The notes under the pieces were generated by a model, which did not search any database, was not told the DNA's origin, and saw nothing but the letters and a program-made list of their open reading frames with translations. From NCBI GenBank assembly GCA_963841435.1, contig CAWJCS010000004.1:256001-320000 (forward strand): a stretch of 64,000 bases of DNA, read 5' to 3'. The stretch's first letter is position 1; each line of letters begins with the position of its first letter. Positions 50,597 to 61,136 of this stretch are shown in pieces. The position numbers and the translations under genes were made by a program. The stretch comes from an uncultured delta proteobacterium. GTDB lineage: Bacteria; Myxococcota_A; Polyangia; Polyangiales; Polyangiaceae.

Positions 50597-52789
50597 TCAG
50601 AGCGGCAGGGAGTAAGCGAGGCCGGCGCCGAGCCGGAAGCGGTCGTTCGGCGCGAGCTCGAGCTCGCCGCTCGGCAGCGGGCCGCGCCCGATGGAGTACG
50701 CGCTGGCCTTGGCGGAAACGTAGGTCGCCGTGACCGTGTACGAGAGGCCCGAGCTCGCGATGGGCCCGGAGACGGCCGCGCGCACTTCTGCGAACGCTCG
50801 TGCGAACGAACCGGTGTCGGACGGATACTCGCTGAGCGGGCGCTCCGGCACGAATCGCGCCGCCAGAGCAAGCGTCGGCAGGCGGCCCCCGAGGTCGTAG
50901 GCGACCCGCGCGTTGCCGAACACTCGCGGCATCACCGCGAGCAGCGCCGGTGCGGAGCCCGGCTCGGAGCGCCTCGCGAACGCTTCCGAGACGCTCGCCC
51001 CATAGCTGAGCCTGCCGGCGAACGACGAGCCGCGGTACCCGAGCTCGGCGCCGACGCTCTCGATGCGCGAAACGTTCTGGATTTGGAACGCTTCGTCGTA
51101 GAAGATTTCGCTCTTTGCCTGCGCGTCGGCGATGCTCTCCGGGGGCGCGGGCATGCCGAGCAAAAGGTCGCGCCAGCGCGAGTAGAAGGCCGAAAGCTCG
51201 AGCGTTTGCGTGCCTGCCCGTTGCTCGAAGCTAAGCTCCCCCGAACGCACTCCCTCGGGTCGAAGATCGGGGCCACCGGGGATCTGCGTCGTCGGATCGC
51301 CGTAGTAAACGTCGAAGGCGCTCGGGGCGCGGAATGCTTCCGAGTAGATGCCCTTCAGTGTTCCTCCGCGCCACGGCATCCACACGACGGCCGCCCGCGG
51401 TAGCATCGCGGCCCCGAAGCGCTCGTCGATGTCGAGACGCGCGCCCGCGTTGACCCCGAGCCCCGGCGTGAGCCAGAACGTTTGCTGCAGGTAGACGGCG
51501 AGCGCCTTCTCCGTCGGCGAGTAGTCCCCCGTGGCCCCAGGGCTCAGCCCCGTGACGTTGTCGTAGTAGTTCACATCGGAGCGGATGCCTTTGACCCGGC
51601 CGTCGAGCCCGAAGAGCGTCACGAAACGCCCATCCTCGAGCCAGTCCAGCGTGAGCTGCGGCTCGAGCCCCGCTGAGCTCGCCGCACCCCGGAGCCGCCA
51701 GAGGCAGCCGGCGTCCTGGCCGACGAGGCAGTCGTCGGCGCCGGTGCTCGTCCAATCTTGATCGTAGTCGTAGAGGTCTGCGTAGAGCCTGGTCGAGAGG
51801 TGCACGACGGCCGAGGCCGAGAGCGTGTGCTTGAGGTCGAGCTGGACCCAGCGGTCGGTTTCCTTGCTGTCAGGATCGTCGAAGTTGCCGCTGTTCGTCG
51901 GGTCGCTGCGCTCGTAAATGGCGGCGCGGGCGCCGAGCTCGAACTGGCCCAAGCGAAGCTTCAGGTACGCTGCGGGCGCCCGTGTGTAATACGCGTCGTT
52001 GCCGCGGCCGCCCCACACGCCAGGCGGGTACTTGCGGTCCCGTGGACTCACGTCGAAGTCGCGCGGGTACCCCGTGACGAGGTCGGGCCCGTAATCCTGG
52101 GGGCCGAAATCGAAGGTCGGTCCGTCCTGCTGGAAGTACTCCGCTTCGAACACGACCTCGCCCGGTGTCTCTCCGAGCGTGAATTGCTCGCCGACGCCTG
52201 CGGCGGCTCGCCACGAGAACCCGGGCGCCGTCGCCGAGGCCACCGAGTCCGCGAACACGTGGACGCCCTGGAAGTCCTTGGCGTGCTTGGTGACGACGTG
52301 CACGATGCCGAGCATCGCGTTCGAGCCGTAGAGCACCGAGCCGGGACCGAGCACGAGCTCGATGTGGTCGATGAGCTCGAAGGGAATCGTAGCACCACGG
52401 TCGAAGTACGCCGTGGCGGCCCACTGCTCGTTCATGACGTGACCGTCGATCATGAGCAGGACGTGGGAGCCGAAATCGCTCGTGAGAAGCACGCCGCGCG
52501 AGCCGACCTCGCCCGTCTGGAAGCGCTTCTCCACCAGCATGCCCCGCCCGAGGAAGTTGATGGCCTCGTCGAGCGTGCGAATGCCGTATCGTTTCAGATC
52601 GTCGGCCGTCAGCACGATCAACGTCGCGGGCGCGAGGCTCACCGATTCCGGGCTCTTCGAAGGGGCGCTCACCACCGACGTATCGAGGAGCCCTTCGAGC
52701 TCCGTCGTGTCCCCCTGCTCCTCGGCGTGGATGGGCCCCGAAAGCGAAAGCGCGATCACGAGCCACGGGAGCGAAGCCGCTGCTTTCAT
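50597..52789 (-). CDS. TonB-dependent receptor (YfiR-associated type)
   Basis: LEGLLDTSVVSAPSK, VLLMIDGH, IELVLGPGSVLYGSNAMLGIVHVVTK, AFRAPS, DLRPE. Confidence 0.92.
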   Translation of the reverse strand: MKAAASLPWLVIALSLSGPIHAEEQGDTTELEGLLDTSVVSAPSKSPESVSLAPATLIVLTADDLKRYGIRTLDEAINFLGRGMLVEKRFQTGEVGSRGVLLTSDFGSHVLLMIDGHVMNEQWAATAYFDRGATIPFELIDHIELVLGPGSVLYGSNAMLGIVHVVTKHAKDFQGVHVFADSVASATAPGFSWRAAAGVGEQFTLGETPGEVVFEAEYFQQDGPTFDFGPQDYGPDLVTGYPRDFDVSPRDRKYPPGVWGGRGNDAYYTRAPAAYLKLRLGQFELGARAAIYERSDPTNSGNFDDPDSKETDRWVQLDLKHTLSASAVVHLSTRLYADLYDYDQDWTSTGADDCLVGQDAGCLWRLRGAASSAGLEPQLTLDWLEDGRFVTLFGLDGRVKGIRSDVNYYDNVTGLSPGATGDYSPTEKALAVYLQQTFWLTPGLGVNAGARLDIDERFGAAMLPRAAVVWMPWRGGTLKGIYSEAFRAPSAFDVYYGDPTTQIPGGPDLRPEGVRSGELSFEQRAGTQTLELSAFYSRWRDLLLGMPAPPESIADAQAKSEIFYDEAFQIQNVSRIESVGAELGYRGSSFAGRLSYGASVSEAFARRSEPGSAPALLAVMPRVFGNARVAYDLGGRLPTLALAARFVPERPLSEYPSDTGSFARAFAEVRAAVSGPIASSGLSYTVTATYVSAKASAYSIGRGPLPSGELELAPNDRFRLGAGLAYSLPL

Positions 52790-53376
52790 TCTACCACCTT
52801 GGCAAGCTTGAGCACCTGCGAGGACAGATCGACGCCCTCTTCCCGAGCGCGTCTGAGATTCACGAGCAACTTGGGTTTGCCGCCGACCAGATCGAAACAG
52901 AGCGCGACGCCGGTCTCGACGAAGCGCGCCAGCGCGCCGGAGCTCAGCACGCTGAGCCCCGCGAGAGCCCGCGCGATACCGAGCAGCTCGCGCGCCCCGA
53001 AGCCTGGTGCCAAGTAGAGGATCGACACGCGCCCGTCACGCACGGTCTTGGTGAGGCCCGGTCCGTCCACGTAGACGTACTGGCTGACCTCCGTTGGCAG
53101 GTTTAGAACGCGCTTGTCCTCGAGGGCGCGCGCGGCGAGCTCCGCGACGTGCCTGGACTGAGCGTCGTCATTCTTGACGAGGATCACCAGGCGCACGACG
53201 TCCCCTGCGCGCGCCGGCAGATTGCGGTCGTAGGCAGCGACCTTGACGAGCAGCTCGATCTGCAGCGGCACGGGCACGGCGACCTCCTCGTCGGCGAAGA
53301 GCTCGCGCGAAAAGAGGAGCCCTACGATCCCGCCCAGGGCGGATCGGAGCGCCACGCGCCGGTCCATCGGTCGCAT
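52786..53376 (-). CDS. YfiR/DUF4154-family periplasmic protein
   Basis: Signal peptide (RR, possibly Tat), LLVKVAAYDRNL, GKPKLLVNLRRAREEGVDLSSQVLKLAKVV; overlaps the TBDR start. Confidence 0.85.
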   Translation of the reverse strand: MRPMDRRVALRSALGGIVGLLFSRELFADEEVAVPVPLQIELLVKVAAYDRNLPARAGDVVRLVILVKNDDAQSRHVAELAARALEDKRVLNLPTEVSQYVYVDGPGLTKTVRDGRVSILYLAPGFGARELLGIARALAGLSVLSSGALARFVETGVALCFDLVGGKPKLLVNLRRAREEGVDLSSQVLKLAKVVE

Positions 53377-53441
53377 TTCGAGCCCGCGTGATTGCTCGCG
53401 TCAAGCAAGGGGCGCTCGAGCGCTGCTCCGCCCACCCCGGA

Positions 53442-56400
53442 TCAGTTGCCGCGACGGAGCCGTTTCTGCGCTTCGCGGTTGTTCGGGTCGAGCAGGGTCG
53501 CCTCGCGCCAGGCGGCCGTCGCGGCCTCGTTGTCGCCCGCCCGGGCGAGTGCATCTCCGAGCGCGAGGCGGACGGAGGCGCTGCGAGGCGCGACTTCGGC
53601 GGCCCGCTCCGCCCACACGACGGCGGGCTTCGCCTCGCCGAGCTGCAAGAGCACGTAGGAGAGCCCCACCCGTGCCGACCAGCTTCGTGGTTCCAGGATC
53701 GCAGCGCGCCGGAAGTATTTTTCGGCGACGACCAGCTCGTGGCCGCGCAGCGCTCGGTCGGCCTGCTTGACCTCGCGGGCGACGAGCCCGTGCACCCCGC
53801 GTCGATCGGTCGGCTCGATGCGTGCTGCGACGAGCCACTCCTTCCTCGCTCGTTCCTCGTCGCCGATGCGTGCGAGAGCATCGGCGAGCGCCTCGTGGTT
53901 GCGAAGCGAACGAGCATCGAGCGACACCGCGCGCTCGGCCCAGCCGAGGGCCTGCGGTCCGTCGCGTCCGAGCAGCAGCACCTGGGCGAGCTGCAGCGCG
54001 ATCTCGCCGTTGCGGTCGTCCCAGTGCGCGGCGCGACAGAACGCGGCCTGCGCGGCGCCGAGATCGCCGTGCACGATGGCCGCGCGGCCCGCGCGCGTCT
54101 CTTGCCACGCGGCCCCGGGGTAGTAGCCGTTGGGAGGCGGATCGGCGGCGAGCAGCGTCTTGCAGTCGGGGAGCTTGCGGCCGGAGCCGTCCGGCGCGCG
54201 TCCCTGAACGGCCTTTGGCGGGGCGTCGCTCGCGCTCGGAGCCGCGTCGCTCGCGCGGGGCGCGGGAGCCGGTGTGCTCGGCGTCGACGGCTTGGCGGCC
54301 GCCTTCGCAGGGGGAGCGACGCTTGCCGGCTCGACGGCTACGGGCGCTTCCGGGTGCGAAAAGAGCGCCTTGGCGCCAGCGTACAGGCCGAGAACCAGGA
54401 GCACCTGCGCGAGACCGAGCAAAACGAGCAAGCCCGCCGTCGCCGGAGCGAGGCGCGGCGCGTGCAGTAGGCGCTCGTGGCGTGAGAACCACGCGCGGGC
54501 GCGCGTGACGAACGAGCGAAGCTCGGTTCCCGTCGCGGTCGGTTGCCGCCACTCGGGCCCCGGGACGGTCGGGTTCGCGCTCGGTCCCATCCAGTCGGAA
54601 GCGGGGGTTGGTGGCGCCGAAGCTGCTAGCCCGCTCGCCCAGGGGACCGCGGCGACGGAAGGCAACGCTGCTGCCGGGCTCGATGCCGCCGCGATCGCGG
54701 GAGCGGGCGAGGCCACGGGCATTTTCACGGGAAGCGGCGTTCGAACGCTCGACGTGGGCTCGAAGCTTTGCGGGGGTGCGGGCTCCGCGCGCGCGGGCTG
54801 CCACGCGGCGGTCGACGACGGCTGGCGAGGCGATGCACCGGGGGCGGGTCCGACGGAGAGGACCGGAGCGGGTCGCAGCGAGGGCGAGGGCGCCTCGGGC
54901 GAGGGCGCGTGGAACGGCGGATGGATCGAGACCGTGCCGGTGGCCGGCACCGACGGACGGATCGGCGGCGTTTCCGCGTCCGCCATCGTGATCGCCACGT
55001 CGACGGGCGACATGATGTTGGCGCTCGCGGGCTGAGCGGCGGGCTCCACGCGCACGCGTCCCGAGCCGACGACTAGCAGCGCGCTGAGCGCGTGCACGCC
55101 CTCGAAGCTCGCGCCCGGTGCCTCGAGGCTCCGCCCCTGTGCACCGACGACGAGCCCGTCCGACAGGTCGACCGTGACCTCGACACGCGTGTTCTCGAGC
55201 GTCAGCCTGAGCGCGCGACCGCTCGCGGCGAGCGTTCGCAAGCAACGCGCAGGACCTATCACCTCGAGCCGCGTGTCGAACGGTGCGCCCAGATTGACGC
55301 GCTCGCGCAGCGAGCGCTCGGGCTCGGCCAGCCCCGCCAGCGTCGATTCGAAGCGATCGATCGCGGGTGCACCCGCCTGGTCGGGCCAAACGTCTTCCCA
55401 GCGCACGATCAGCATCGATGCCCAGCGCAGCCGGGAATCTCGCCGCATACGGCGCAGCAGCGAATGGCCCTCGCCGTGCACGTGGCCCTCGCCGATCATC
55501 AGGATGGTCGGATCGACCTGGCGGAGCTTCTGGAAGCGCCCGTCGTGGGGGTCGAGGTCGGTCACCACCACGGTCGCGCCACGCGCGCGGAGCTCCTGCG
55601 CCACGGCGTCGGCGCGCGGCGTGTCGTCGTCCGCGAGCACGACGCGCAGCTTGAAAAGCTCGTCCGCGCTCGCGCGCGCCGGCGCGCGCGGCATGCCGAG
55701 CCCGTCGGCGCCGCCTTCGTGGCGGTCTTCCAGCTCGTAGCGCAGGGGCTCGGCGCGCAGCACGTGGCGCCGAACCCGACGCACGAAGTTGTTGACGAAC
55801 TCGGCGAGCGGTCGGCCTTGGCCGAGCACGAGGCGCATGTCGGCCGACGCGTTGGCGTCTCCCTTGACCCCCTCGAGCCCCGCGCGCAGCTCCCTTTCGA
55901 GCGTCGCGACGAACTCCTCGAGCGTTGCTTCGCCGAGCTGACCGAGCGCTTCCGAGCCCGGGCCCGGCATCTCGCGCGCCAGGTCGGCGACGCGACCCGC
56001 CGTCGCGTCGACGCTCGCCGTGCGCGGGATGATCGCGGTGGCGCCATGGCGGAAGGCGCGCAATTTGGAATCGAGCGTCGTGTCGTCGCTGAGGATGACG
56101 ATCGGCACGACGAAGTTCTTCGGCAGGACGGCGAGCCTCTCGAGCACGCCGTTTCCGGCGTCGCGCGCGGCGTCGCCCACGACGAGCACGAGATCCGGGG
56201 CCACGGTGACGACGGCGTCGACGACGGTTTCGAGCGTCGCCGATTCGACGAGCACGTGGTGGCGCAATAGCGCGGCCTCGAGCGCGGGTGCGAAGCGCTC
56301 GCCCGTGCCGACGAACAGCACGGTGGGCTCGAGCCCGTCACCCTCCATGGGCGAGCGGCTCGCCCCGGAAGCTCTCGCCGTGCTCGACTCGGACGGGGCC

Positions 56401-56642
56401 TTTGGAGCGGGCGGTGCCAGCGCCGGCACCGGCACGGGGAGCGGCTCTTTCGGCGTGGCGCGCGGTACGACCGCTTGCAGGTGCGGTACGGGCTTGGCAG
56501 GAGCGCGCGCGAGCGGCCCCAGGCCGGCGCGCGCGAGCGCCGTTTCCGCCGGCAAGGCGCGCAGCGGCGTCGGTCGCGCGACGACCGCGGTCCCCGGTTG
56601 CGGCTGCGGTCCTGGCGCGGGCTGACTCGGTGAGGAGCCCAT
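53442..56642 (-). CDS. Multidomain membrane protein: two pseudo-receiver domains, DUF4388/PatA-N-like domain, Pro-rich linker, TM, extracytoplasmic TPRs
   Basis: APDLVLVVG...PIVILSDD...AFRHGATAIIPR; VVLADDD...DPTILMIG; CLRTLAASGRALRLTL...DGLVVGA; TM GLLVLLGLAQVLLVLGLYAG; TPRs ending LDPNNREA. Confidence 0.75.
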   Translation of the reverse strand: MGSSPSQPAPGPQPQPGTAVVARPTPLRALPAETALARAGLGPLARAPAKPVPHLQAVVPRATPKEPLPVPVPALAPPAPKAPSESSTARASGASRSPMEGDGLEPTVLFVGTGERFAPALEAALLRHHVLVESATLETVVDAVVTVAPDLVLVVGDAARDAGNGVLERLAVLPKNFVVPIVILSDDTTLDSKLRAFRHGATAIIPRTASVDATAGRVADLAREMPGPGSEALGQLGEATLEEFVATLERELRAGLEGVKGDANASADMRLVLGQGRPLAEFVNNFVRRVRRHVLRAEPLRYELEDRHEGGADGLGMPRAPARASADELFKLRVVLADDDTPRADAVAQELRARGATVVVTDLDPHDGRFQKLRQVDPTILMIGEGHVHGEGHSLLRRMRRDSRLRWASMLIVRWEDVWPDQAGAPAIDRFESTLAGLAEPERSLRERVNLGAPFDTRLEVIGPARCLRTLAASGRALRLTLENTRVEVTVDLSDGLVVGAQGRSLEAPGASFEGVHALSALLVVGSGRVRVEPAAQPASANIMSPVDVAITMADAETPPIRPSVPATGTVSIHPPFHAPSPEAPSPSLRPAPVLSVGPAPGASPRQPSSTAAWQPARAEPAPPQSFEPTSSVRTPLPVKMPVASPAPAIAAASSPAAALPSVAAVPWASGLAASAPPTPASDWMGPSANPTVPGPEWRQPTATGTELRSFVTRARAWFSRHERLLHAPRLAPATAGLLVLLGLAQVLLVLGLYAGAKALFSHPEAPVAVEPASVAPPAKAAAKPSTPSTPAPAPRASDAAPSASDAPPKAVQGRAPDGSGRKLPDCKTLLAADPPPNGYYPGAAWQETRAGRAAIVHGDLGAAQAAFCRAAHWDDRNGEIALQLAQVLLLGRDGPQALGWAERAVSLDARSLRNHEALADALARIGDEERARKEWLVAARIEPTDRRGVHGLVAREVKQADRALRGHELVVAEKYFRRAAILEPRSWSARVGLSYVLLQLGEAKPAVVWAERAAEVAPRSASVRLALGDALARAGDNEAATAAWREATLLDPNNREAQKRLRRGN

Positions 56643-56803
56643 GAAACTCAATCATCACTCAGACTCGACGTCGTAGCCAGAGCAATGCGACGGCTCGTCG
56701 GCGTGGTTCGTGGGTACGCACGAGTACGACCTCGGCCTTCATTGGCCTCCATGGTCGCCTTTCGTTCTGCTGTCGGGAGAAAGACCTCGACGTGGCCGCG
56801 CGC

Positions 56804-57765
<962 letters not shown>

Positions 57766-57766
<1 letters not shown>

Positions 57767-59145
57767 CAGCCGCCTGTGCCCTTACGCTCGTCGATTTGCG
57801 ACAGAATCTCCATCATCTTGTGATGCAGGGCCGTGACGCGCCGCTCCGGCACGAAAAGCCGGCGGCCTTGCCCCAGGGCGGTGAGCGCCCGGTCGAGGTC
57901 GGCGAAGGTCGCGGCGAGCGCCTGGACCCCTGCCGCGTCGAGACGGCCACTCGCGCGCGCTTGCTCGAGCAACCGGGCCGACGAAGCACGAGGATCGGCG
58001 TCGAGGCGCTCCGCCAGCCCCTCGGTGAGCGCGCTGCGCATCTCCGACAGCAAAAGGGCGCGATCGGTGGTCGGCGCCGCCAGCACGGCCGCACGCCCGG
58101 CGACGCCGCCCTGCCCGACGAGCGGGGTTCCGAGCGCGTAGCGCGGGACGTAACGCCGATAGAGCCTGAGGGCGTGCTCGAGCGCCCAGATCAAGCAGAG
58201 CGCGAGCGCGACGGCGGCGAGGGCGAGGGCGGCGGTGCGCGGCAGGCCGTCACGATGCGCATCCTTGAGCGCATCACCGAAGCCACCGATGGCGTCGCCG
58301 AGCTTGCGCAGTGGGCCCTGCCCGCCGCCGAACTGCCCGCGCTGCCGGAACGCATTGGCGACGAGGTAGAGCTTGCCCCCGCGCTCGCCCCAGTCGTCCC
58401 GATCGACGAGGTAGGTGACGAGGTGCTTGGCGAACGCCCGGTTGCCAGGATAACGCAGCATCAGGTTGATCACCGCGGAGGGATCGCCCATCGCGAACAG
58501 GCGGCCGCGCTTGGCGATGACGCCCGTCACGGCGAGCGTCGCCGTGGGCTCACCGAGCGCGGGGATCTCGAGCACGGGCGTGAGATCGGGGTGGGTGAGC
58601 GCCGTCGGGTGGTTGGTCACGAGCCGCTCGACGTCGCGCACGGTCGGATGTCGGTTTTGCTCCTGGCCCGCGACCTCCTGGACGGCGGGCACCGCGATGG
58701 GTAGGTCGTCGTTGTTGCGCAGTGCCGAGGCGGGCCGCAGCGGCGCACGCACGCGATCGATCTTGTAGCGAGACAGGAAGCTCGGTGCCTTGCCGAAGTC
58801 GTCGAGGATCGCGACGCGGCCGCCGGCCGTGAGGAAGGCGCTCATCTCGTTGGCGTCGATGTCAACCTCCGGGTGCAGGACGAGCACACCGTCGGCTGGC
58901 TCGAGTCGCGCGTAGTCGAGCGTCGCGACGATCTCGACGCGCCCGCGACCGAGCTCGGCCCGAGCAATCGACAAGAGCTCGCTCGTGCCCTCCCATTCCA
59001 CCGAGCTCACCTCGAAGGCTGCCCGCGCCCCCGCACTGAGGAGAGTTGCCCCGAGGCAGACCCAGAGCGCCACCCACGAACGAGGGGCCCGTGGACCCCC
59101 GGCCGACCGCCCGGGGCGGGTGTTCCGAGGTAAGCTTTCGGTCAC
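57766..59145 (-). CDS. DUF4350-like membrane protein (MoxR-associated)
   Basis: Signal-like N-terminus, FLTAGGRVAILDDFG, GRLFAMGDPSAVINLMLRYPGNRAFA, C-terminal TM; stop overlaps moxR start. Confidence 0.75.
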
Positions 59146-59264
59146 GTGAGCCGTATTATGCGTCGTGATGTCCCGGGCAAGGCATACGGCCGCCGGCGCC
59201 TCGCCCCCGACGGTCCGGGGGGCAGGCGAACGCGCCCCAGACAAAGCCCCGGGTTTTCACGAAC

Positions 59265-59292
59265 TTGACCCGGGGTTTCCCATCGCTAGATT
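59265..59292 (+). promoter_or_regulatory. Putative sigma70-type promoter for the small-protein gene
   Basis: TTGACC-N16-TAGATT, 43 nt before ATG 59336; overlapped by an inverted repeat. Confidence 0.5.
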
Positions 59293-59335
59293 ATTCGTTA
59301 GACCCGTTGGCGGGCCTGGCCCCGAAAGCACCCCC

Positions 59336-59509
59336 ATGCTCCCTCCCTTCATCATCGAACAAATCCGGCAGCGGGAGGCAGATGAGGAGCGTCGGCGCCA
59401 AGAGTTCGAGCAACCGCGGCTCGAGCTACCCGAGCACGCGTACGAGCCTGCGCGTGAGCGCCAGGAAGACGACGCGGAGCGCGGCGTCGTGATCCTCGAG
59501 CTTGGCTGA
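59336..59509 (+). CDS. Small charged protein (57 aa)
   Basis: MLPPFIIEQIRQREADEERRRQEFEQPRLELP...RGVVILELG; coding-like codons and an upstream promoter. Confidence 0.7.
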   Translation: MLPPFIIEQIRQREADEERRRQEFEQPRLELPEHAYEPARERQEDDAERGVVILELG

Positions 59510-59593
59510 CGCGAGCGCGGGCCTCGAGCCCGAAAAGAACTCACCAAACCAGGTTGCTTGGTGCGGTGTGAGCTTCTACGCTCCGCCGCCCGT

Positions 59594-61136
59594 ATGGCGC
59601 GGCTTGCTCCCTTGCTCGTTGCTTCGCTTCTCGTGGGGTGCTTCCCACCCGGCGAAGGCAATCCACCGCCGACGCCGCTCTACTTTCCGGTCGGCGTCGC
59701 GCTCGACGAGCACGCCGAGCACCTGTTCGTCGTCAGCAGCGATTTCGACCTTCAGTACAACGCCGGGACGATCGCGAGCTGGGATCTGTCGGTGCTGCGC
59801 TCGGTCGTTGACCGCATCCTGACGGGCGACTGCAACCCGCTGCCGCAGCAGTCGACGGGCGAGCGGCTGCTGCACCCGGGGTTGTGCGGCTACATCGACC
59901 CGGCGGCGCGGATGTCGGTGGACGGTGAGGAGCGCGCCATCCTTTCGGACTGGGTCCGGATCGGCGCCTTCGCGACCGACGTCGTCTATCGGACCCGACC
60001 CGCCAGCGCACCGAGCGGGGACGCGGGCCGCCTGTTCGTCCCGGTTCGCGGCGACGCGACGTTGCACTGGATCGACGTAGCGACCGACGGCACGCTCCAC
60101 TGCGGCCAGCCGGCGCCTCACGAGGCCTGCGACGGGAGCCACCGCGCCGGCGACGACCCGGCGAACGAGAATACGCGCGGTGCGAGACTTTTGCCCGAGC
60201 CGTTCGGTGTCAACCTCGACGAGGCCGGCAGTGTTGCGCTCGTCACCAACCAGAACGTCCGGAGCGGCCGGCCTGTTCCTCAACGATTGGGACGCGGGCG
60301 CCCGCTACGAGTTCACCCTCGGGGGCCTGCCGGATCGGCCGATCGGCGTCGTTGCGCTGCCGGAGCCGTGGGCGGTGCCCGCGCTCGGGCTCGCACACCT
60401 GCCGGGGTTCCTCGTCGGATTCCGCAACGTCGCGTCGATCTACATGGTGCGCGCCTACTTCGACGAGGGCGCGAATCCACCGCGCCCGTACGCCAAGGTC
60501 CCGTCGAGTGCGATCATCCTCACGAATTCTTCGGGGATCGATTCGCGCGGGCTCGCCGTCAACGCTTCCGAGCGTCGCGCCGCCGAGCGCCTCTGCGCCG
60601 ACCGCTTTGGTCTCGACGACATCACGGCCGTCGATCCGGAAGCGGCCCAGGCCGCGGGGCCCGGCTACGCCGCCTGCGCGACGGAGGCTGCGGCGGAGCC
60701 CCTCGACGTGTACGTCAGCAATCGTGCTCCCGCGAGCCTCGTGGTCGGCAGGAGCCGCCCGGCGCTAGCGGACATCCCCTCCAACGATCTTCCGACGTTC
60801 TACGCGACCATGTCGGTGCCGCTCGGGGCGGCTCGGGTCGTGGTGGGCGACATCGTCAACGCGTCCGGCGACCGCGAGCGGCGCGCGTTCTCGATCTCGT
60901 TCGACTCCCGCCGAATCGTGATTTACGACCCCGAGCGGCAGCGCATCGAAACCGAGATCCTCACGGGTCGCGGTCCCCAGGCCATGGCAATCGACAGCGA
61001 GCACGGCCTCGGCTACGTCGCGCATTTCACGGATTCGTACGTCGGCGTCGTGGACCTCGACCAGCGTCGCCCCGAAACCTACGGCAAGATGGTCGCCACC
61101 GTCGGCAAGCCAACGCCCCCGAGGGCATCGGAATGA
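59594..61136 (+). CDS. Lipoprotein, YncE-like beta-propeller; frameshift near 60254
   Basis: MARLAPLLVASLLVGC lipobox, LYFPVGVAL...FVVSSDFDLQYNAG. Removing one A at ~60254 joins it to the 60180 ORF (TGRGPQAMAID, YVAHFTDSYVGVVDLD). Confidence 0.75.

Noticed and set aside
56652..56803. Short minus-strand ORFs (MEANEGR..., MKAEVVLVR...) between moxR and the multidomain gene
   Set aside because: Under 35 aa, poor codon bias, RBS spacing unconvincing
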